Assembly: GCA_964036045.1 (NCBI GenBank)
Contig: OZ038378.1
Span: forward strand, 34,534,001-34,598,000
From: Eutreptiella sp. 'Long Island Sound 2002'
Taxonomy: Eukaryota; Protista; Euglenida
DNA length: 64,000 bases
Reading direction: 5' to 3'
Under the pieces are notes generated by a model. It was given only the letters and a program-made list of their open reading frames with translations. It was not told the DNA's origin and did not search any database. Of this stretch, positions 25,790-37,999 are shown one piece after another (position 1 is the stretch's first letter; each line of letters begins with the position of its first letter). The translations under genes were made by a program, and so were the position numbers.

Positions 25790-26620
25790 GCTATGAATGG
25801 TGAGGGACACCAATGAGCCACACATTGAAGGCCGCTGACAGAGTGGAATCAGCTTGCAAGTCATCCCCTTCACCACAAGGCCCACTTTCAAGGCTTTTGT
25901 GGACTTCTGAGGGGCCAAAATGCCCCCAAATTGGGCTCATTTCACCTGTTGGTGCACCCCAAATGGTCTGGGATGATTTTTGGAAAAATGCGTTTTTGAC
26001 CCATTTTTGACCCATTTTTGGTCCCAAAACAGCCCATTTTCAAAGCATTTTGGCATTTTCGGAGGACCAAAACGGGCCACCACAAGCTCAAAACAGTCCA
26101 AAAACACTTGTTTTAGCGTCGCACATGGTTGAGGATCTTTTTTGAGAAAAGTCATCTTTTTGCCCCTAATGGACCCTCTTGACCCATTTGGGCACCCACC
26201 TGTTTGGGCCTGTCTGAGCCTGCAGCTTGCCGCAGCCTAGTGGGCCTAGGTATTGGGGTCTAGGCGTCCGTTTGGGCAATTGTGAGGGGTGGAAACCACA
26301 AAAAGGGGGGGGTCGCGGGTGGAGTAGGTGCCCTCGGAATCGCATTTTGAGCCATGTAGCCAAAGATATGGCCTATTCTTAGTTTGTGGTTGTCGGCATT
26401 TGGAGCTTCTGGGGGCCTTTTTGGGCCGTTCCCGGGACATGTCATGGAGTTAGAGGGCCGCAAAGAGCTCATTGACACAGGGAAGTCAAGCGCCACGTGG
26501 AGTGTACGCACCGTCTCCCTTCGTTTGGCCGTTTTGAATGTGTTCCAGGGCTTTTTTGGCACAAAATGGCTGTTTTTGGCCCTAAGCTGCAGTTTTTGAA
26601 ACTAAGGTCCGCCATTTGAG
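25790..26620. repeat. Non-coding interspersed repeat-like block rich in CCCATTTTTG/CAAAAATGG motifs
   Basis: Low-complexity block with internal direct and inverted motifs (26010-26040 versus 26555-26582); only short, low-complexity ORFs. Confidence 0.45.
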
Positions 26621-26875
26621 AATCCCGTTCCCGGCCGCCACCGTTGAGCTTCTTGCTCAAACTTTGTGTGATTGTACTTCACACCCGTAGGTATCATCCA
26701 CCAAAATTTCACCGCAATCTGAAGCACCACGACGGAATTCTGATTTTTCCCCATTTGGCGCGTACTGCTTGCTTGCTTGCTTGCTGCTGCTGCTAAACCT
26801 GGTAGATCCACCCTAGACACTAAAAAGGGTTATAAAACCAAGACTGGTTCCACCAGCTCGGTGACCCTAACCCTA

Positions 26876-27047
26876 ACCTTGGCCCTGGCACTCACCCTAG
26901 GCTAGGGTCAGAGTGAGTGTTGGGGTCCAAAATGCAGAGCAATCATGTGGCAAAAGCAACCATGAACGAAATTGAGGCGATCTTGTTCAGCCCACACAAC
27001 ATGACTGGCATGGCCACACCAGGTTGCTGCAAAGGTTAGGGTTAGGT
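26876..27047. repeat. Short segment bounded by inverted telomere-like repeats
   Basis: ccctaaccctaacctt at ~26876 and aaggttagggttagg at ~27032. Confidence 0.75.
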
Positions 27048-27179
27048 TTATGGTGATCGTATGGTTAGATGGAGGGCACGGGGAGGTAAGCGGAGCCTCT
27101 GCCCCCCCCCCCCCCCCAAACACCCCAACTCTCCCCATCTGGACCCGCCCTTGGTCCACGCTAGAAGACCCAATCTCGT

Positions 27180-27247
27180 TCTAGGCTAACACACTCTACC
27201 CTAGATGTTCTAGGCTAGAACACTCCACCCTAGATGTTCTAGGCTAG
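27180..27247. repeat. CTAG-saturated ~30-bp tandem repeat (about 2.3 copies)
   Basis: ttctaggctaacacactctaccctagatg / ttctaggctagaacactccaccctagatg / ttctaggctagaa. Confidence 0.85.
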
Positions 27248-27303
27248 AATATATCAATACTAGAACGGTATAATCGCTGGGGTAGACCACAAAAAACAAA
27301 TCA

Positions 27304-27346
<43 letters not shown>

Positions 27347-27609
27347 CACACACACATTTTGACGTAGGCACGGGCACTGTGGGGCTGCCCTCCCTTGAAG
27401 CGTTGGTTGGGGTGGGGGGGGGGGCGTCTTTGCTTTTGTGACACATTTTTCAGGTGGGGCTTGAGAACTACTTTGGGGGAGGGGGTTGAACTCCGGGGTG
27501 TGGGACGGTGTTCTTTTCTTTGTTTCACATTTTTTTTATTGGATTTTTTTGATATTGGACCGACAAAATGCAATTTCAAGTTGCAGTCATGCCATGCAAT
27601 GCTATGCAG

Positions 27610-27990
27610 CGTTGTGGTGTGTTGTGGTCTCGTAAGGTGTAAAGTGGTGTGGTGTGTTGTGTGGTAGTGTGTTGTGGTGTGTGATCTGCTATGGTGTGAT
27701 GTGCTGTGTAGTGGCGTGGTGTGTTGTGTTGTGGTCACATCAGGTGTGCTGTGGTGTGTTGCGGTGTCATGTGCTGTGGTCTGGTGTCATGTGCTGTGGG
27801 CTCGTGTCATGTGGTGTGGTGTGTTGTGGTGAGCTGTACTGCGCTGCGGTCAGCTGTAGTGTGTGATTGGCTGTGGCGTGTTGTATTGTGGGGGGGATAC
27901 CGTGTTGTGGTCACATGACGTGCGCTGTGGTGTGTTGTGTTTTCATGTGGTGTGGGTGGTGTGGTTAGTTGAATGGTGTGTTGGTTGCTT
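27610..27990. repeat. Degenerate (TGTGG/TGTTG)n satellite
   Basis: Directly visible. Confidence 0.9.
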
Positions 27991-28226
27991 GGCACGTTGG
28001 GTTGTTTGGAAGCTTGGGTTATTTGTTGGGTGTTTTGCCGGTTGGGGCATGCTGTGTGGTATCTGCACTATGCTGTTGTATGCTCCGTGATGTCATGTCT
28101 GTGGTACACATGTAAATACTGCCATTCCAAGGGAGTGGGGGGGGGGGGGGGGCTGGTAAGCGATTTAATATTTTTATTCTAGCGGCGTTCTGGGGAACTG
28201 TTCTAGCGGCGTTCTAGCTGTGCGCT

Positions 28227-29067
28227 TTGCGTTGGCTTCGTCATTGGGCACACACCGACATTGTTGGATTTCATGTGGACACATTGAATAATATTGTCCA
28301 CCATTTTGTCTCTCGTCATGCTTGCTTGTTGCTAGCCAAGAATCACTATGAGCAGTGGGTTCGTGATGAGTACCCTTTTCAAGAGTTCTTGTCCTGGGCT
28401 CTGTACCGTTCTTGGAGTGTTTACACGGGTTCCCTAGGCTTTCCGGCATGCGGTTTGGGTTTTGATTGGGAACCTCCATGACTCTTGCACCGGGGCCGCG
28501 AGTGGGCTAGTATTGAAATTTCGCTAAGCATGTCGGGCTAGGCTGTGAGGAAAGTCTCCAAAAAGCGCAGTTTGTGCTTAGACTGCAGTTTTGACTATCG
28601 CTTTGCCCTCGCACAACGTGCATTGTGCTGATTTTTCGTCCATCGTCATGTTCGCCATGAATTTGTTTTTTGCAACTTGGTGTGCTTTTTAAGCTGAACT
28701 TTGGCCGCCCACCTTCCCGCACTTGTTGTGTTGCCATGTATGGTACATGGGTTTCTGCTCGGTTGCTTGAACGCACTGTGCGTTGCAGTGGGTCAGAAGT
28801 GGGTTGGGAATGGAATTTTGCTTTGTGCGCCGGGTTGTACTATAGGGAAAGTGAAACAAACACCCATTGCCCGCACGCAAAGCGGCCACACCAACGGGAC
28901 CGCTAGCGGAGCTACGTGGCACGACCACCACTTGCAGCTATTGGTCCCACCACGCCTGCATCTTTGGGCAGTCCCATGGCATGTGGTCCAACGTCTTTGG
29001 TGCGTTGCAGTACGGGCGCTCGGCGTTCGCTGTCACGTTCGGCCCTTGGACCCACTTGCCCGTCTAG
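28227..29067 (+). pseudogene. Possible N-terminal/central part of a CxC/KDZ-like transposase remnant
   Basis: FQEFLSWALYRSWSVY..GLGFD/GTSMTLA (frameshifted DG-T-S) and CSYWSHHACIFGQSHGM (CxH-like). By eye only. Confidence 0.3.
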
Positions 29068-31692
29068 ATGGCCCGTGCTAGTAGCCATGGAAGAGCCCTC
29101 AGTTGCTACCCCCGTATCTTAGCGGTGGCAACAATGAGCCGTTGCAAAAATCCAGGCATGTGCATGGCCACTCCTCGGCCTCTAAAGCTCATCAGGCCTC
29201 TAGGACCACTAGGGCCTCGTAGCGTTGTGACTCTAGGATCCAGCAACATAGGCGGCCCTACCATAACTGATAGGGCAAGGAAAGGCTAGCAACACACTGT
29301 GGAACAGTGCGCTCTGCGACCGGCTCCGTTAGCCTCTCGCAGCAACTACTCTTTGTCGTCCTTCACTTCGGCGGAGGGGCCATGCAGGCAGCACTAATTC
29401 AACCGGCGCCCTCACGGCACGAGCCCGGTGACTCAACCACTGGCTCCGCATCCACGGGAAGACACCATACGAACACAGACGCAAGACAGTGCCACACGCG
29501 AAAGCCCAGATCGCCCCTCTGGCCGTCGAGGCTGTAGACGGGGCATGACGGGTGGCAACCATTGCCACGGCACCCACCCATAGCGATCCTTTTCAATCCC
29601 CAACCCCCTAACACATAGAAGCCAATGTCGTCCCCGTAGTTGAATGGCATGCGGCGAGGGTCCCACCCCGTAGGCGGTGGTTGGAACCCTGGGGAGGGCT
29701 GCGATGCGCCATGGGACGGCTTGAAATGTGTTGTACTTGTGGTAAGATTGTCTAATTGATGGGTATCATCTACGTTAGTTTTTCTTTGCGCTCTTCACAC
29801 AGACACACGTATGCCTTTATGCAGTTGCACGTGAACAGGACCGGGAATCAGGTGAATACAGTGTGTACATAGACCCCATGATCTGTACTGCATGTGAGCG
29901 GCGCCGCCGGTCAGCCCGAATTATCGGATGAGCATCACATTAGGACTAAGGGCTGAAAGTGCCTATGGTGGGGGCATTCAGTCAATCAAATACCAACTTT
30001 CAACCCCCGTGTGGAACTGGTGTTCTGCGACACTACAACAGATTATAGAGTAGCTACACTGGGGTGCGTCATACATGTAGTGCATCAATCGTTCCCTTTT
30101 CTTCGTTGGGGAGGCCGGCGCCAGGGTGCACCTGTCAAGGGAACGGGGTGATAGCAGGCGCTACAACTGCAACCACAAGGCGCGGTAGAGAGGAGGGACT
30201 CCTCTCCCGCCCTACGGACGAAGCAGGCAATGCGGCCAAAGCAGGAGGCAACAACCGAGAATGGCAACCCCGCCCCCCTCAGGCGGGCCACCTAGTGCAA
30301 CGCTAAATACGGAATAATTCGCCCCCCATCCCCCGCCACTAGTACGTATCGCGCACGTCGCTCATGTTGCCGGGAGCAACAGTAGCAGGTGCCCCCGTGG
30401 CCTTGCACTTGCCGTAACCCAGCGCCCGGTGCGGATTGCAAAGTGTCTGCATCGGATTCCAACGTGTCTGCATCAGGCGCCGGCACCTTGGCTTGCACCT
30501 TTCCCGCCTAACCCCCTGCCGATGGTGGGGGGGAATGAAGCGCTGTATACCTATTTTGTGATACCCCCGGGACATAGGTATATGACAATTGCTCTTCCCA
30601 TCAGTACCGAATGTTGCCTTGAGTTCACCAACATAGCAGTTATGGAATTGTTCTCGGCCTGTCTGTTCTCCTCATCCCTCCCAAGGTGCCGGTTAGCAAC
30701 ATAGTACCGCGACAACGTTAGGAACTTAGATGAACCTTGAATCTCGAGCAAAAACCACAATCCCCCCGGTGGTGCCCGTCTCACCGCCTCGGGATTCATA
30801 CCAAAGATCTCCAACGTGCAAGTCAAGTGCGTCCCCGGTATACTACGAAGACAATGTCATAGAACCCATCTTAAAAAGCACCGGCCTACAACCATACATT
30901 TTGTGTCCCTTAAACCCGCAGCACCCTTCTCGGATGGGGAGGGGCAGGGGGGTGAGGTGAGGTGACGGTCTCCCGGCTCAGAGTACCATGAAGGCCTGAG
31001 ATCGCCTCTGCCATCAATGACGTATGGTGGTGGCAGTCAGGGTGTTGATCACAGGTGCGGCTGCTTGGCCGACAGGGCCATCACGTCCCTTCCGCATCGC
31101 ACGTCGCGCCCTGCTATAAGAGCTTCGTATGGTTAGCCCGGCGCGCACCTACCGCCATCCCCCTCGCTCACCAGGGCGGATCATGCTGGCCTCTATCCCC
31201 TATCTTTGATGTTGATGTAGGCTCCTCCTTGTTCCGCAGTGTCAGGCACATGGCGAGAGAGCCGCAAAGGTAGCCCTCCGAGACCTGCAACCAGAACCTG
31301 TCCCCCATTCGGTGAAACGTTCGACCTCGTGCTGGCGGTGGTGGGCTCATGTGCCAGCTGTGATTTAGACTCCCTCCGGAACACGCAATGTGACAATGCC
31401 CACCCGGAGTGCCCGGATACAAAGCGCCGCCGACGGGTCCACCTGTAGGTTCAAGCATCGCCAGCGGCTGCACCCCTAGGTTGGCCGTGCCCCAAAGGCA
31501 ACACTACTACTGGGGGTATAGATGCGGTGCAGCAGCTAGGCATGCCGCTTGATGCTAGGACATGCCAAAGGGCCATCCTATGACCTTTTCGTCGTTGACC
31601 TAGTAGCACATATCCCAGCACTCAAACCGGCCATAGAGTGCCACGGTCTCGAGGTACTCCTTGACCGCGATGCCCCGGACTGATGGCACGAT

Positions 31693-32115
31693 CTAGCCCC
31701 TCGCCGCGGGGCACGACGTCGCCACCATCTTCGAGCAGGGGATGATCGCAGCCCTATCGCGTATCGACGCGAGGCGCCGCGTAGATGCGGTCTCCGAGTG
31801 GAGGGACACATGGAGGCTGCCCTTTGGTCGCTCCGGGGTTGCCGCTGTAGTAGAGTGCTTGGGAACGGGGCCGTCCGCCCGTGCCGCTGAGAACACTAGG
31901 GCATGGAACGCTTCCTGCAGGGCCACGACCAATTTCTCGCATGCATGCAAGATGTGACAACGCCATCCCTCGCACGCCACGCTGCAGAGAGGGCAGTGGA
32001 AAACCTCCGTGTTCCCGAATCGCATCCTCACGGCAGCCCTTACCCATGGTGCCACGCTCGGGGCATATTTAAACAGGCCGGCATTCAGGACCGTGGTTTT
32101 CCAAAGCTGTGCCAT
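31693..32115 (-). pseudogene. LINE ORF2 C-terminal CCHC zinc-knuckle region
   Basis: CPLCSVACEGWRCHILHAC. Confidence 0.75.
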
Positions 32116-33365
32116 GGAGCCGCCTAAGCCGCCTAGGCATTGGGGCAGCCAAGGTCTTGTACTGCTCCTCCATGGCCTGTGAGTGCCTCAAGTAGGGGAG
32201 CTGGCCGCGAGCGAGGCCACCGAGCTCGCCCGCCTCCGCTGCAAAGTGAATATTGCCGCTCTGTGCGCTAGGGATGGCCGCTGTGGCGAGGACATGCGCC
32301 TCGTGTTGTAGATCGGGTAGCAGCAGGGGCCCCTGGGCCGCTAATGCCCTGTTCCGGCCTTGAGTAGGCACGTACATGTCCTTCGCGTGGTGCGCATGCA
32401 ACTGCTGTGCGTATCTGCGCCTAATGCGGTCAATCAGCTGACTCGCCGGCTGCACCAGATTTTCACCCTTTGTATTTGTGTGAGTGCTATCGGCCGCGGC
32501 ATACACTTTCTTGGCGCCGGGGAGCCTCAAGCCACGAAGCACTCACACCCCCAAATACCGCCCTAGCCACTTTGTAGCCCAGGAATGCGGATCCGCCAGC
32601 TGCACCGAGGACCATGCCTACGCGAAGATGCCCTCTTTGTCCGCCAATACGGCTGCATATGCTATTGCTTGGGCCCATGTAGCTCCATGGGACGCTATCA
32701 CTACCGCCCCACTCACTAGCCACTGGTACACTCGCACCTGGACGTGCGTGTCGGACCTTGCCAGTCGCGGCAGGATCCAGAGGTCGAGCCCCCGCGCCTC
32801 CAACCAGGCTCGCAGCGTGCGGGCGTCCGGATGAGGTTGACCTGCCCACTCGTTGCCATGAAGCTCGGCTCTAAGTAGTGTCGATATGTACGAGCTGCGA
32901 CTACTGATGGCGCACATGATGTACCTGATGTATTGCATTGCGTGGCGGTGTCCCAAGCGGGGGGCGTGAAGGCCTAGCATGCGCAGTGGGCGCTGCAGCC
33001 ACGCCCTTGGGCAGGACCCCGGCAGGCCCAAGGCTTGCTTGTGGATGGCGTCCCACAGGTGCTCGAAGTCCAACATGCGGACCTTGAGTACCAGCATGGT
33101 GGCAAACACAAAATCGCCCTTGGCTAGGGCAAGCGTCGCCACCACTCATAGTGCGAGGGCGTAGGTGGGCTACGTGTGCGGAAGCGCCCAGAGTAAGTGT
33201 CACAGCGCGTCTCCGTACTTCTTGAAGGCCGATCGTGGAACTTCCCCCATGACGATAGGGACCTCCGCCATCTCTAGAACTCCTTGCCGCTGCTTTGATT
33301 GCGCCAAGGGGTGTGTCGATTGTTGCCACACCGTACTTGATGGTGGCCAGCTGCGCTTCCAGGCG

Positions 33366-34805
33366 TTACACCTTGAGTGTGGTGTTGTTGATGGCGCCGT
33401 TGCCTGCCATACATGACATCAGACCGATAGGTAATACCCGCAGCGAGGCAGCGTCCACGAACGAGGCGATGCGGCAGTCAACAGTGCTCGAGACGTGTGG
33501 CACTTGCTCGGCGTGCATTGCAGGGTGCGAGGGGCACCAGGTCTTGGGGCCAAGGCCCCCCGGGCGTCCGGACTCGGGGCGTAGGCCTTCGGACACGATC
33601 ACAACATTAACGGCATTGGTCCAAACGTTGATGAGCTTCTTGAAACCCCCGAGTCCCATAGTATCACCCTGGGGCCCTCCGTGGAGAAGCTTGTACGGGC
33701 CCACCAGCCCAAAGGGCGACTGCACGAAGACGTTGGGGTGCGCATAGAAGTCCCCTTGCTCCACCGGCGTCACTTGCGGAAGCCATCCGCGCTGCACGTT
33801 GCAAAAGGCATTGGACTTGTCCAGTCGACCACCCTTACACGTGGATTCTGGCGCAGCCACACCGCGATCGCCCACCCACAAAACAGTGCCACCAACTATC
33901 TAGAGAACTCGTTACGGTAGCTGAAGGGCGGGTCCAACCCCGTTGCTGCTTATGCTGCCTGGAGGCGGTGAAAAATGGCCGTGGTCTCCTTCCTCTTTGC
34001 TTGTTCCTCCATCATCAGTGGGTGGCTCATACGCACGAGCCATTGGGGCTCCTTCTTGAGAAGGCAGCGGTGCACAACTCCGTTTAGGATGCGCACTCTG
34101 GCCCCTGCATAGCTGGCGTGTCTGAGGCTGCTAGGCACCCATATTGCTGAGCCTGTTGGAGCGTGTAGAATTGCTACGACGAGTTCCCCTAACGCCGCCG
34201 CCTCCAAGCTAGGGCACATCCTGGACTGTGCGCGGCTCTTTGGGGGTGTCTGGGCCTTGGGGTCCACCCTCGTCCCCTGTTGCACATCGTGCACCAGGCG
34301 AATGGATGTCTGGATATCGGGGTGGTCCGGCATCGCAAGGCGGTACCGTGCAGCACGGGGGGGCGGCCAGTTGGACGGCATGGGTACGTGGGGCCCGCAA
34401 TGCAGCTCCCCGGCCTGGCACAACACCTCTTCCTTGTACTCTTGGGGCTTGTGGGGGAAATGGGCGCTGTCCGTGTTGATGGAGGTCATCTGCGCGAACT
34501 TGGCTTTCTTGAGTTTCAGCATAATGCCCGCAACCGCCGCGGCGGAGATGCCCGTGAGCACACGCTCCATGAGTTGCATAGCCCGTAAGAAGGTTGCATC
34601 CTTTCGGTCTACCCACCACCCTTGCATGAGTGGACGTCAGACTCTCACCCTCGTACATCTCCAGGGCCGCTTCCGTTGCCAGCCGAAAACCCCTGGCCGC
34701 AGGGGGGATGACCCCGTGCAGGCAACTCTAGTACGCCCCATGAGGTGTGAGGCTAGCACACTGAGAACACTAGAAGGCCAAGCTGCTCACCGTAGCCGCA
34801 ACCTA
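33366..34805 (-). pseudogene. LINE reverse transcriptase remnant
   Basis: SHPLMMEE..K..TAIFHRL, LDKSNAFCNV, GGPQGDTMGLGGF and IASFVDA (FVDD-like), with frameshifts and TAG stops. Confidence 0.85.
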
Positions 34806-35229
34806 CAAACTGGCCTTTTCCGCTGCCCGAAAACGAACTCAATATAGTGAATATCTGGCCAAAAATTAACACGTTAATCTCAAGTTTACATTTTTTTAAG
34901 GGGGGTTAGGGGGTTTGCCGTGAAAATTATGACCCCCATGGGCTGCCTTACGGGCTTGGGTGTCATTCTTTCACGGGGGTTGGTGGGGGGGTCCTACCCA
35001 TGTGGTTGTTTCAAAACGTTAAAATGGCTCTCAGCTTTAATTTTTTTGTTTTTAATTTTTGGATTAATGTTTGAAAAGTACAAAATTAATGAGTCGCTGA
35101 CATTAATATTAATCTCACAAATATTAACTCTATTCCCCAAATATTAACACTCCTAACAATGGCACAACACAAATGCATTATGTCCGTGTTCATGCATGTC
35201 GTGCATGGCCATTGTGGCCCATGGGGTCC

Positions 35230-35904
35230 CTATGCGGGCCCCCACGCCTCATGGGACCCCGTAATGGGGTCCCACGTCATCGTGGGTCCGGAGGGGGGGT
35301 TAGCGGGGTCATCGGGTTCGGTGGTAGGGTTGGGGTTCGGGAGGTTATTCTCTTCGTTTGTGGGGGCGGGGGGTTTGGGCTTTTGCTTGCCCGACCGGGC
35401 CTGTTCCCGGAACCGCTCGGCCTCCTCAGGGGTGGGGAAGAGGAGGTGCCGGACCACCTCGTAGAGGGTGGTGCCGGCGAGGTATTCCACCCAAAGGGCA
35501 CCACCCTTCCGCCCATGGACACCGCGGACGGTGCCCTTCTCTACCCCGGTAGGGTAGGGGACGTGGGCGACTGTCCCGACGATCGGATTGTCGGGACGGT
35601 CGTCCTTCTTCTCGCCCGTTGCACCTCCAACCTTGGGGGTGTCGGTCTTGGTCTGGGGGGGGGGGGGGGGGGGGGCTGGGCGGTGGCGGTCTTGGGGGGG
35701 TCGGTGGGTTGGGGGGCGGCGACGGCCTTCGTAGGCCGTGTGGTGGGGGTGGGGGCGGGGCGTTTGGGCTTTTTGCCCCGGGGGATGGCCGCGTCGTCGC
35801 TCTCCGACCCGGACTCGAAGGAGAACCTTCGTTTCTTTGAAGGGGGTTGGGGGGGGTTGGGTTGCGGCTTGGCTTTGGGGGGGTTTGGCACGGTGGTGGT
35901 GCAC
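35230..35904 (-). CDS. Pro-rich ORF with a compact Tudor/PWWP-like beta domain, 3' part of the transposon gene
   Basis: IVGTVAHVPYPTGVEKGTVRGVHGRKGGALWVEYLAGTTLYEVVRHLLFPTPEEAERFRE between low-complexity linkers. The fold call is inference. Confidence 0.4.
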   Translation of the reverse strand: MHHHRAKPPQSQAATQPPPTPFKETKVLLRVRVGERRRGHPPGQKAQTPRPHPHHTAYEGRRRPPTHRPPQDRHRPAPPPPPPQTKTDTPKVGGATGEKKDDRPDNPIVGTVAHVPYPTGVEKGTVRGVHGRKGGALWVEYLAGTTLYEVVRHLLFPTPEEAERFREQARSGKQKPKPPAPTNEENNLPNPNPTTEPDDPANPPSGPTMTWDPITGSHEAWGPA

Positions 35905-36270
35905 CCCCCCCCTCCCCCCCCTCCTCCCCGTCGCTCACCCCACCCCCTCCCATGCTCCCCCACAACCCCTCATCCTCCCCCCCCCCCACAAACCCCACCT
36001 CCTGCATCCGAGCCCACTCGTTGGGCCGGAAGTGACGCGACGTCACCCAAACGCCGCTCACCACACTCGAGGTGTCGCAGTCATGGAGACCTCGCCGGAG
36101 AGCGAGGCCCAAGGGTGGGTCTCGGGCCACGATGCGGTGGCGGGACCCCAGGGGTCCTTCCTGGGATCCCTTAGCGTCTCGCCAGGCCACCCGGATGGGC
36201 CTTGCATGCACTACGTTGACCACGACGTCGGCTGCCTACAAACATAAAAAAACAACAACAGAAGTGTTAC

Positions 36271-37073
36271 TTAATTTTTGGTTGCTAGTGCCGCCATGTC
36301 CTTGTCACCGCACACGGCCAACCCTATCACCCACAAGTTCACGGGTGTGCGGCCCCGTGCGCCGTGGCTGATGAGCCCAATGGACAGGTGGGTCCAACCA
36401 CCACCGGCGCACGGGTAGGCATCCCCATGCACAACGAAGGTGAGGGGCCTTGTCCAATCGATGGTGTCCACTAGCGATGGACGTGATTGGACGTACCGGG
36501 CCCATGAGAGAAGCGGCCAAGAGTGCCCACTCGCAGGGGATCAGGGATGGACAGGGGCGGCCGTTGGTCAAGGGGGGTGACCAACTCCTTCCACGTGTCC
36601 GTAAATGTATCCCCAGTGGGGATGGGCTTGGGGACCGGGAGGCCCGTTGCGGCCGTGTAGGCCTACCCCCGGCGGCTCATATACTCCGACATGTGCCGGA
36701 AGCCAAGCTTGGGGACGTTCAAGGCCATGAGTAGGCCGATGAGGTCCGGGGCCGGGAAGAGGAGGGAGGTATATTGCTTCACCGCCTCCTGTTGCTTGTC
36801 GCAAATGAGGGAGGGGTAGCCAACCTCCGTGGCCTCGGCCCCACGGGCCTTGGCCAAAGGGGAGGAAACCACCCACTCACCAAGGAGTTGGGTGACCGAA
36901 GGGTCCCGCAAACTCTTGGCCCCACTCAAATGCACGAGCGTCATGCTAAGCTTGGTAAGGGTGTCCCGAGAGAAAGACATAACAAGAGCTATACAAGGGA
37001 ACATGGTGGTGTGGAGTGGGGGGGGGAATGCGGGCAACCGGAGGGGGGGGGTGTCCAAGACACCCACCAACAC
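36271..37073 (-). pseudogene. Transposase core of the CAATA element (frameshifted)
   Basis: LIGLLMALNVPKLGFRHMSEY..IDWTRPLTFVVHGDAYPCAGGGWTHLSIGLISHG..NLWVIGLAVCGDKDMAALA; homologous to 48560-49296. Confidence 0.65.
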
Positions 37074-37289
37074 GACATTGGAACATTTGTACTATACCGT
37101 TGTGCAACAATATACCATGTAACACCCCTTATGGGTCGTCATATGTGCATGAAAAAAGGTGTACAAATGACCCAATCAAAAAATTGAACGTTAACGTGTT
37201 AATATTTGGGAGATTAATATGTTACCCGGTTCATATATTAAAAATTAAAATTCACCATATTGACTTTAATCTGGGTCACTAGGGATCGC

Positions 37290-37968
37290 ATACCAACACC
37301 TGGTCGGTGCTGAGGCCACGCCGGAGTACTCTGCTACAGTGGGTGATAGGGGACTGGGGGCCCACCAGGAACCAATCGATCTCTTGGCGTGGCGTGCCCT
37401 TCGCCGAATACACTATGGTGGTGGGCTCCCCAGCGGGGTACGGGACGTAGTAACCACCCCGTTACCGCTGGTCATCGCACAGACGCCGAAGCCAGGGCCT
37501 TGGGCCGCCAGTGATGTTGGTGTTCAAGTCGCCGAAGATGATCTCGATGCTTCCCGGGTACTTGGCATGAAACACCGCCACCCGGATATGGATACGGCGG
37601 TCTGGGGCTGGCATGCCAAGCGGGAAATGCACCGTGGACATGACAAGCGACACCTTCTCTGAGCCGGGCAGATACGCAATGAGGCTGTGCTCAAGGGCTT
37701 CCACGCGGGGATGTCTGTGGGTCCACAGTCTGCTGTGAAGCGCCGGGGAGCCACCTGGAAACACCACCCCCAGGATAACGCGGTATGACACCCCACGAAG
37801 CGCTGTGTGTGCAAACAAATCGCCTGCCTCTTGAACCCCCACAAGGTTTGGCGCGATATCCACTAGAAGGGCCAACAGGTGCGGGAGTTTGGTGCCCACG
37901 CGCCCCGCATTGATGGAGAAGACAATGAGGTTGGGGAGTCCCGTGGGGACGGCGTCGAACTTGGGCAC
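37290..37968 (-). pseudogene. LINE apurinic-like endonuclease (APE) domain
   Basis: IVFSINAG, VGVQEA, TVHFP, IFGDLN, EPT..EIDWFLV, LSTDQ (SDH-like). Confidence 0.9.
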
Positions 37969-37999
37969 ATGGTCGGCCGCGCACGACTAACGTAGATGC

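Larger units (their letters stand above)
34840..37262 (-). mobile_element. DNA transposon (2423 bp) with 13-bp TIRs starting CAATA, 3-bp TSD (ACT) and subterminal repeats; CACTA/CMC-like architecture
   Basis: ACT(34837-39)|caatatagtgaat ... attcaccatattg|ACT(37263-65). Inverted subterminal atattaatctc(a/c)caaatattaac at ~35106 and ~37198. Inserted between the LINE APE and RT. Confidence 0.85.
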
